The notes under the pieces: generated by a model
The model's database searches: none
Told to the model about the DNA's origin: nothing
What the model saw: only the letters and a program-made list of their open reading frames with translations
Made by a program: the position numbers and the translations under genes
Part shown: one piece after another, positions 54,029 through 64,000 of the stretch
How the letters are laid out: every line of letters starts with the position of its first letter
How positions within the stretch are numbered: position 1 is the first letter of the stretch
Source of the DNA: Eledone cirrhosa
Lineage: Eukaryota
Direction of reading: 5' to 3'
Length of the DNA stretch: 64,000 bases
NCBI GenBank assembly: GCA_964016885.1
Contig: OZ024741.1
Location: forward strand, 53,320,001-53,384,000

Positions 54029-54349
54029 TATATATACATATATATATATCATAGATCATGTCTATAGAATCATCAGATATTAAAATATATACTATTTCTT
54101 CTTCTAATTAGCATAATTAACCATATACAAAATCAAATTTAGCAAGCTTTAAGAATAAATTTTCTCATGGGGAAATCTCTGACAAACAATTGATCGTAGC
54201 CTCTTCGCGGCAGCCCCGTTCCATTATTTATCCAACATTTCGGCAGCATGCAGAATCCGATCAAATATACCATCAACCACACACAATTAGTAGTAAAATT
54301 AAACTTAGAAGAAATGCGCACATACCGTAATTATACCTATAATACACGT

Positions 54350-54414
<65 letters not shown>

Positions 54415-54471
54415 CGTATATATATATATATATATATATTAACGTATATATATATATAGTAACGTGTATTA

Positions 54472-55116
54472 TTGTTTGTGTCATACGGTCCAATAAACTT
54501 TTGTTAGCAATATTAAGTTATCCACGCTTTTATATATCTCCAGTTCCATTAATGGGAACAGCTAGATGATGTAAAACCGGGTATTTGTATCAAAATAAAG
54601 ATCGGAAGGCATGGCATAAATGTCCAATCATTTTAATCACGACACATGTTTCAATAAGAGATAGTTCGATCGTGTAGCCATGATCGATTATCACTGATCG
54701 CGTCAGGTGAAAATGAATTGTCTTCATATCCTTGATATGGGGGAGAAAATTTAACGATGTTCACTCACTAGAGTTTTGTCCCCATATAAAGATTAAGCAG
54801 CCAAAACACGCCGACTATTATCGTCCTCATTTCGGGTCATTTACAGCTATTGAGAGATAGAGACTTGATAGTTTTATGACCCTAACTGAGGACGAAAGCA
54901 GTCGGCGTGCTTTGGCTGCTTAATCTTTGTATGGGGAACAAAACTCTGGTGAGTGAACATCGTTAAATTTTCTCCCTCATATCAAGGATTTGAAGACAAT
55001 TCATTTTCACCTGACGAGATCAGTGATAATCGATCATGGCCACACGATCGATCTATCTCTTATTGAAATATGTGTGGTGATAAAATGATTGGGATTCTAT
55101 ACCATGCCTTCGGATC

Positions 55117-55123
<7 letters not shown>
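54472..55123. mobile_element. HHR-bearing foldback element in (TA)n
   Basis: IR 54593-54840 / 54876-55123; ~120-nt left-only extension. Confidence 0.9.
55007..55080 (+). ncRNA. Hammerhead (mirror copy 54637-54710, -), each arm with a different lesion
   Basis: Composite tcac-CTGACGA-gat..att-GAAA-catgtg-TC-gtga. The left arm has A9C; the right arm has GTG at the cleavage triplet. Confidence 0.75.
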
Positions 55124-55211
<88 letters not shown>

Positions 55212-55365
55212 TATATATATATATATAAGTTTGTGTGTGTGTGTGATGTGGGTAAACATGATAAAATCTAGGTTAAACATACTTAATGGAAATGCTAATC
55301 TGTTGTAGAGTACTAACTACTCATTCTTGCTACCTTCAATACTAAATATATATATAAATATATAA

Positions 55366-55530
55366 TATGAGATCAAAAGATGTTTAAAAGAGTTCCAAGT
55401 ATTTTATTATGCGCATTTCAAAAACAAATATCATCATGGGATGATATCTGCGTTCTCATCACATAAAATATGGAGACATGATATGAAGCTTAAAAAACAC
55501 TTGTGAGCAGTGAAGTTTTAAATCAACATA
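55366..55530 (-). mobile_element. Diverged single-arm copy of the 49 kb HHR element
   Basis: Reverse complement aligns to 49164-49330 end to end; core decayed to GTGATGA. Confidence 0.8.
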
Positions 55531-55830
55531 TAAATATATATATATATTTATTCATTTATATCAGTATGTGTGTTGATTTTTCTTAGTGTGTATGCATGTA
55601 CATGTGTCTGTATAGACAGACACAAACAATATCACATACGCACATATTACCACATACAATTGCATACATAGAATTGATGTCATTATTTTCATACTAAGAA
55701 AACAGATAAAACACCAAAAATAAAACAAGACATACATCAATGAAATAAACACACCGTTTCTTGTTTACAGTGAAATCCAACCTGTGCCACTGAGATGTAT
55801 GGTAATATATATATTTTTATATATATACCA

Positions 55831-55931
<101 letters not shown>

Positions 55932-56600
55932 ATATATTTATTTATACACCCGCAAAGTGTATTTATTTAATACGAATGCACAGAGAGAGAGAGAGGTTTC
56001 TTAAGAATTGAACTGTCTATAATGTGACAGGTAGAAGCAGGTAAGTAAGTTGGTATCGATTGAAATGTAAGCTTAGTCTATATAAACGTCGCTTGACAAC
56101 AGAACAAAAAATTGTCCATGTAATGAATTCGTGATTTTTGCTGCTAGTCGCGAGTTGTATATGTTCTTACGAAAAATGCAAGTATGTGTTCATGCATATA
56201 TGTAAGTAAGTATGTATGTATGTATGTATGTATGCATGTATGTATGTATGTATGTATGTATGTATGTATGTATGTATGTCTGTATGTATGTCTGTATGTA
56301 TGTAGGCATGTTGGTAGGTAGGTAGGTATGTGTGTGTATGTATGTGTGTGTATGTGTGTGTGCATGTGTGTGTGTGTGTGTGTGCATGCATGTACCTGCG
56401 CTAGAGATTTGTTTATGCCTCTGTATAAATTGGGTATATGGTATCACAAATCGATACATGTAAATATATACCTGGATATATATATATATATATATATATA
56501 TTCATTTATTTATTTATCTATTCATTTATATATATATTTATATAATATACATATATAGATACTACATATATGTATGTATGCATGTATGTATCTATGCATG

Positions 56601-56636
<36 letters not shown>

Positions 56637-59422
56637 CATATATATTAATACATATATGCATAGATACATACATATATATATATATATATTTGTTGTCGAC
56701 TGTTCTAAATTTCCGAGTGTTTCGTTCTTTTCATCCCTCCTTTGTTAAGCTTGTAAGTCTGATGACTGGTGAGATCGATTCGTGTATGAAAAATGCGTCT
56801 CTGTTTATACATGAATATATAATACCATGATTACGTCACCCAACATTATCTTCCTGTATCTATGTGCTTAGAGATGTTCCGCTTACAATACTCAAACAGT
56901 CAGTGCTTTGTGTCCTTGACCAAAGTACATATAATGCACGCTGCTCTAGTACACTCAGCTGGCATAAACAAGTTGATTCAAATTGCCGGCTTTGTCTTAC
57001 CATGTGTCACACCTTTTGTCGGAATTAAGATGAATGTAGCCCTGTACTAGTTAAGTTATGAGGCCCCTTACCTGTGCGCTGAAGGAGCTAATTCATCGTA
57101 AACATTTTGGCGTCAGGAAGATGGCTTCTTTCCTGGCCAACGGGGCCAGGTTAGGAGCCAGCACACCTAAGCACAAAGGTAAATCCGACATTAGTCACAC
57201 CCAATTTTCCTGACTGACTAAGTTAAAAATACACGTGTTTGTTGACTGTTCAGCCACTGCAGTGCCGATAATCGTTGTTGGGGGGTTTCGATGCGGTTAA
57301 CTACAAAGGAGGTGACGTAATCATTGTATTTTATAATATTGATTGATGGAGCCCTTCACTGGTGAAAGCGTTTCTGCATCTTGATGTCTCAATGCTACAA
57401 ATATGCCCATTTCTCATCAGTCGAGTAAGATTGAATCAACGACAGCTTAATAGGTGTGTAAACAGCTTTCTTTCGTTGTGAACGAAGCCAGCCGTCTTCT
57501 ATAGCAACAATACGGTCCCGAATAATTTGATTTAATATTAGTAATCGATGCATTTGGTTATCTTTGGATAGATAAGCTCCTTCATGAGTGCGAGGACCAC
57601 CACGTGCTTTCCTCTATATACCTATCTCTGTATATTTCTTTCACCCTATCTCTCTCTATATATATGGTATATACCCACCCCACACCCCACACCCACATAT
57701 ATATATATATATGTGGGGAGGAATGTAACAAAAAAGACTATGATTTGCACCTAGGAATTTTACCGCCGGGGTATATGCCTAGGTAAGTTTGTAGAAGACC
57801 AGTGTCTTCTACAATGCATATTATCCATCTTAACGCCATCGATATTGTCCAAGTGACAGGCAAAAGCAGATACCACGTGACACTTGTTACGTCGCAATTC
57901 CTTTCTATAGCTGAGTAAACTGGATCAACGTGAAATAAAGTGTCTTCCTCAAAGTCACAATACACCACTCTGTCTGGGAATCGAACACACAGGCTCAAAA
58001 TTTAAATAAATATATTTATATATGTATTAATATATTCATATATATATACATATATATATGAGTGTGTGTGTGTGTTTATATGTATGTATGCATGCATGTA
58101 TGTTTGTATGTATGTGTATGTTTGTTTGTATGAATGTATGTAAACGTACGTGGAGCTGGGACTAGGAAATACTCTGGTGGAATATCTGCAGGTTCCTTTT
58201 TAGTTCGGCACAAATATTCTCCTCTTGACTAATCTTTAATACGTACATAAGTTTACATACACGCACGCATGCAGCTACACATGTATTTATGTATGCATCA
58301 TTATATGTGAAGGAGGCATCCCATGTAAAATCTGCAACTTGATGACAGTCAATGATATTGACCTGCTCTTTTTGGATACCTTTCACTTTTATTCAGATAG
58401 AGGGATTGGTTCAGTGCAAGGACTTGATTCATTTAAAAAAGCTTCAAACACAAACGTCATTTGATTTAAACATCTAAGAGCCTTGTTGGCTCTTTTTTTT
58501 TCTTTAGTGGCAGCATGCAGCGAAAGGAATGTATGTATGTATGAAAGGAATGTATGTATGTATTTATGAAAGGAATGTAAACAGCTGGAAGGGCTAAAAC
58601 TTCAATTTCGTGTCACGCATGCGTGAGAAAAGGATCAAGTGATGATAATTCTCAAAAATGAGATGAAGCCATCATGTATGTATATCTATGTATATATTAG
58701 TAGTGCTTGGGGTTATTGTAATTCGCTGATAATTTTCCTACTGTACTGAATCTACAACTCTTGCTTAATTGATATTCAAACGTAAACATAGAAATGTTTG
58801 GCTCTATTTATACATAACAAACCTCGTTGACTTGATCTTTAAATTCTCAATGCATACTGTCAAATTTTAAAGCAGATTGCGAACAAATTAGATCATGGTA
58901 CTGCATAAATATAATGTTTATAGAGAAAAATTATTTCAGGCAATGAATTTCAACAAAGATACATATATATATTGACGAACACAAGAATCGGGCCGATGAA
59001 ATATCACACATCTTTCAGTCCTTATTATTCGAACTCACCTATTATACTGATATTTGCTCAGCATCTTATGATATAACAAACTGTGGTTTGTACAACTCAG
59101 AACAGCCGTGTACAATATTTCTTAACAAACAAAAAAAACCTTAATATTTAATGAGGTTAAATATTTATAAATGATGTACCACCTTATTTGGGAGGTGAGG
59201 CGTTCACCTAGCGGCCCCGAGATTAAGTTGGTGGTATGCAAGTATGTTTGTATGAATGTATGTATGGTTTCGCATGCTGAACGAAAATATATATGCGAAT
59301 ATATAAATTAATAGGCGTATATACATATATATATATATATATAATTAAAATTTTATTTTTTTTATTTCTCACTCCGGCATAGCAGATACATAAATGTAAG
59401 TATGCACACGAACACACACACA

Positions 59423-59507
<85 letters not shown>

Positions 59508-59611
59508 ACACACACACACACGCACACATACATATATATATGTGCTTGTGTATGTGCGTGAGTGTGTGTATGTTTATGTATGTGTGTATACATATATATA
59601 TATATATAAAA

Positions 59612-60535
59612 ATTTCTCCAGCTGATTTCAAGCTTCAGACGGTCATCAACGGAGAGGAAGACCGGACATGCTTTCAATCGGATCTGCTCGCTGTTATCCA
59701 ATTGGCAGCAAACACAAAGATGCTACTAAACGAGGATAAATTTGAATTAATCCACTTTGGAAAAGAGGATGGATTGAAGATACCATATTCTTTTCCGTCG
59801 TGTGAAACCCTCGTGGCATCAAACAACAACAGAGGCCTTGAAGTAATTATTGACATTGATTTAAGCTGGAGTACTCACACGAACAACAAAGTTGACTTGA
59901 CCCACAGGATGCGTTCCCGGATTCTCAGAAACTTCCGTCCCAGAGAAATTCACACCTTCATCCTACACTACTCTACCTTTTCTCAGACCCACATTGAATA
60001 TTGTTTTCCACTGTGGTCTCACACGAAATAAAGTATTATGAGATTTGAAGCAGCCCAGAGGTGAATTATAAAAACGATAAACGGTACGAAAGGCCTTGAC
60101 TATTGGGGTCGACTTAAAAATATCAAAGTCTACTTTCTCCAACACCACCGTGAGCGCTACACATCTGTATGATGTGGAAAATATCCCATTAACATTGACA
60201 AAAAGATATTGGCATCACTTTTAAAATCACTCCAAGGATTGGTACCTGTACAATCCGTCCAATACAAAAATCAAACTTGCATCTCATAGCAACGACACGA
60301 CACCACTACTCCACTTCAACTAGTCTCGTTCCCTTAATATCATAACGAAATACATCAAGACAGAAAAAATCCCATATTATTCAAAACTATCCTAGACAAA
60401 TTCCTCCGATAAACCCCATAAGCCCGGATATGCCATTGAAATCAAGAACTCAATACTGGAGTGGATCACGTTGTCAAAAACATGATTAGTTGTGAACCCA
60501 TAATCTGAAGACTTCGGTGCTATGATAGATGCTTC
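59612..60535 (+). mobile_element. Decayed CR1-like LINE 3' half
   Basis: FQSDL..MLLNEDKFELIHFG..VIID..LSWSTH..ILRNF..EYCFPLWS. Confidence 0.8.
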
Positions 60536-60577
60536 CCGCATTATTCCATTATGTATATGTATATCTATCTATTTATC

Positions 60578-60666
<89 letters not shown>

Positions 60667-60789
60667 ATAGGTACACACACACATACGTGTGTATATCTAT
60701 ATATATATATATTATATGTATATATATATATATATGTTTATATAGATGTATATATATATATGTGTGTGTGTGTATATATATATATATGT

Positions 60790-60823
<34 letters not shown>

Positions 60824-61141
60824 TCACACCGAGAATGAGATGTGTAAATGAATAAGAGTCTCACATCAAGATATTAAATCCTACTCATAATCATAGAGCC
60901 CCCTCTCCCTGTACTCCCCCTACTACTCTGTAATTCTACAGTAGTATTATAGGTTACTGCAAGTATGCTTGTATTGTATCCTGTTTAGTTGTTTTTATCT
61001 TGTCTTACTGGCGGCATTCTAACTTCATTGAGAAACAGCGTTGTTAAAAGGATACGAAATGTCCGCCTATCTCATATGCTTTTGTCTCTTCTTCATTTCC
61101 TCAGCGAATCTTTCATACGTCTTCCATTGTGCCCGATCACT

Positions 61142-61572
<431 letters not shown>

Positions 61573-61862
61573 CATATATACTTCGGTTAGGCATATATAC
61601 ATTGATATGTTCATATACATATAGAACACTCATAATGTACTTCAGGCTGTATTCTAACACTTGCAGAGAGCCATGTACGGACATACGCGACTGCTTCTGC
61701 ATATTATGTATCTATATGTACGTACTGACTCTATGCTGCTATATGTATGCATATCGTATATAACTCTCTTTGTTGGTATGGATGCAGTTTATTCTCAGTA
61801 TAACAAATTACTTTATCATAATTGTACTCACATATGTATATATATATATATATATATATACA

Positions 61863-61931
<69 letters not shown>

Positions 61932-62162
61932 ATACTGAAACGAAGCCATCGGATAGGACTAAAAGGCCTTCGATCGTTTTATATATATATATATATTTAA
62001 TACATTAACAGAGAAAGCTTTAAGCAATACTCCGACCGGCTTCCGTCTCACTCAACAAACATTAGGATATACCTTAGTATAATCCCAATTATACGTTTGG
62101 CGTGCTAACTATACGTATTTTGCGGATAGCCAGTTGTATTATTTTATATGAGACATAATTAA

Positions 62163-62200
<38 letters not shown>

Positions 62201-62202
<2 letters not shown>

Positions 62203-62332
62203 AAGGCGGGTAAAATTCCCGAGATCCATGGACGAGTTCTCTCCAGCGATCTCTGTCCCTCATTATCGCTGCCATGTCCTGCGTCTCCAACAGACCAGTG
62301 TCTGTCCTTAGGGCATCAACATACGTTAACCT

Positions 62333-62335
<3 letters not shown>
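62201..62335 (-). mobile_element. RTE-like LINE 3' terminal fragment
   Basis: [24 protein letters not shown]-terminal motif. Confidence 0.7.
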
Positions 62336-62414
<79 letters not shown>

Positions 62415-63534
62415 GCTGTGTTTGTGTGTGTGTTTGCCTGTGTGTGTATCCATATATCTGTGTGTGTATCCATATATCTTTATATATATATATGTATGTG
62501 TGTATATTCATATGCCATTCTGTGAGCAGATACATACGCACGCACTCATACAGTTTTAAATATGACAAGGCGTTTAATGGAAGTATATTTAGTTATTTAG
62601 CCATATAAGTGACGGCGTGTGTTTGTACGCATGCGTGATGGAATATTTTGTAGCCTGGTAGAGGAAGGCGTCCATGATTTTTATATAATTCTGGACATGA
62701 CTGTATAAATATATCTGTACCATGAAATTGCTTTTATGTCATTCGGCAATATCTAAGACACACTTACTTGACATCTGCCGTTAGATAAACTCTATGTACA
62801 TTTGTATCAATGTAAATATGTATGTATTTATGTATATATGCATATGTAAGTATATGTATGTACGTATATGTATGTATGCATGATGTATTTATGTATGTAT
62901 GTATGTAGGCAGGAAGGTAGGTACCTGTACAATGTATGTCTTCATGTATGATGTATGCATGTATATATATATGTATGTATGTATGTCAGGTCACTCTTGG
63001 GTGCTACTGGTAACATATAACCTAGTACAACCTATCGCATGCTCTGGTCGCCGGCGACTAAACTGATAACCCCACCAAGTTTACTTGGTGAGGAGGGTGA
63101 TTTTGGACACCCTGCAGGACAAAAAACAGAACCTGACAAAGGGCGGAAGAACACATGAGCTAACTACCATCCAAATATGTGTAAATATGTATATACATAT
63201 GTATATATGGATATACATGTATAAATATGTGTACATATGCGCGGGGACATAGAAATAATCGAGCTGGATACACGATTCCGCGGTTAAACCACTGGGAGTG
63301 AAGGACCAGTATCCTTTATCAGGGCATTCTTCTAAGAGAAGGCAACTCAGGAAACTGTAGAACATATATTCAACTTAGTCCCGTAAATCCTGATGTAGTC
63401 CGTCGTTGTATGCAGCGTGTTTTGGGAATTTTAAATACTCGCGGTCCCCATCCTTCTCCAGTTCTGAACAAAACGAATTTCTTCCAGACAGTGACTGTGA
63501 GAGAGAGGTAGTAAGAAAGAGATGTAGAAGAAAA

Positions 63535-63695
63535 ATATAACTCAGTACTAGACTGGTATATTTTTATCAACCTGGTATAGATGAAAGGCAAAGAGGACCT
63601 TAGAGGGGTTTGAACTCAAGCTATAGAGCGACCGAACAAATACAGTAAAGCATTGTATCCGGCGTTCTAAGGACAATACTAATTAGCCGGCCTGA
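63535..63695 (-). mobile_element. Decayed tRNA-type SINE
   Basis: gagttcaaac..tttgcctttcatc..taccagt on the minus strand. Confidence 0.65.
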
Positions 63696-64000
63696 ACGTA
63701 TACCACTGCACCTAAATACCACAAGCCTACTTCATCAATGGCCTCCGTTTAAGAAACACTTAAAACATTTCAATGATACTTAGAAAATGTAGAAAACTCA
63801 AACGTTTGCTATGAACAATGGCGTAGCTAATCTGGTAAAATACCCCTATGGCCGTTGCAGGCCATTTCTTTCCATCTATTGGGCTATACTTATACATTTT
63901 CTAAGTATTTCAATCTATTCATTGCTCCGATCTATTCAATGCTTCAACATTGTCGTGTTATTTTTATTGCCACCCTTGCCTTTGATACTTCCCAACATCA

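Noticed and set aside
56750-57430. CTGATGA motifs at ~56759 (+) and ~57414-57420 (-) and a short inverted match (56820-56840 / 57311-57330)
   Set aside because: Pairing is incomplete and the arms are too diverged to call an HHR or a foldback.

Overview
AT-rich, microsatellite-dense animal genomic DNA. It is probably an octopus/cephalopod intron or intergenic region; this is inferred only from the SINE/LINE types. No confident host gene was found, and nearly all short ORFs in the track are translated (TA)n, (CA)n, (GA)n or (GTT)n repeats. The window is dominated by Penelope-like retroelements (PLEs): one apparently intact 819-aa Naiad-type RT + GIY-YIG element, a decayed second Naiad-type copy, a decayed Neptune-type copy, and about a dozen short ORF-less derivatives. 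Most share one architecture: (TA)n - long inverted arm - spacer - short arm - (TA)n. Most carry a type I hammerhead ribozyme (HHR) motif, often in both arms, and the two arms end at different positions that are fixed within a family. About 25 HHR motifs are visible, including U3-A8 core variants and variants with 80-100 nt stem II domains. Other notable structures are a retrozyme-like 625-bp unit present at about 1.35 copies and inverted duplications of flanking DNA centred on (TA)n. Also present are two Helitrons nested in PLE derivatives, CRE, R4/Dong, RTE and CR1-like LINE relics, tRNA-type SINEs, a mariner-like MITE and two minisatellites. All alignments and folds were done by eye, so coordinates of decayed elements are approximate.
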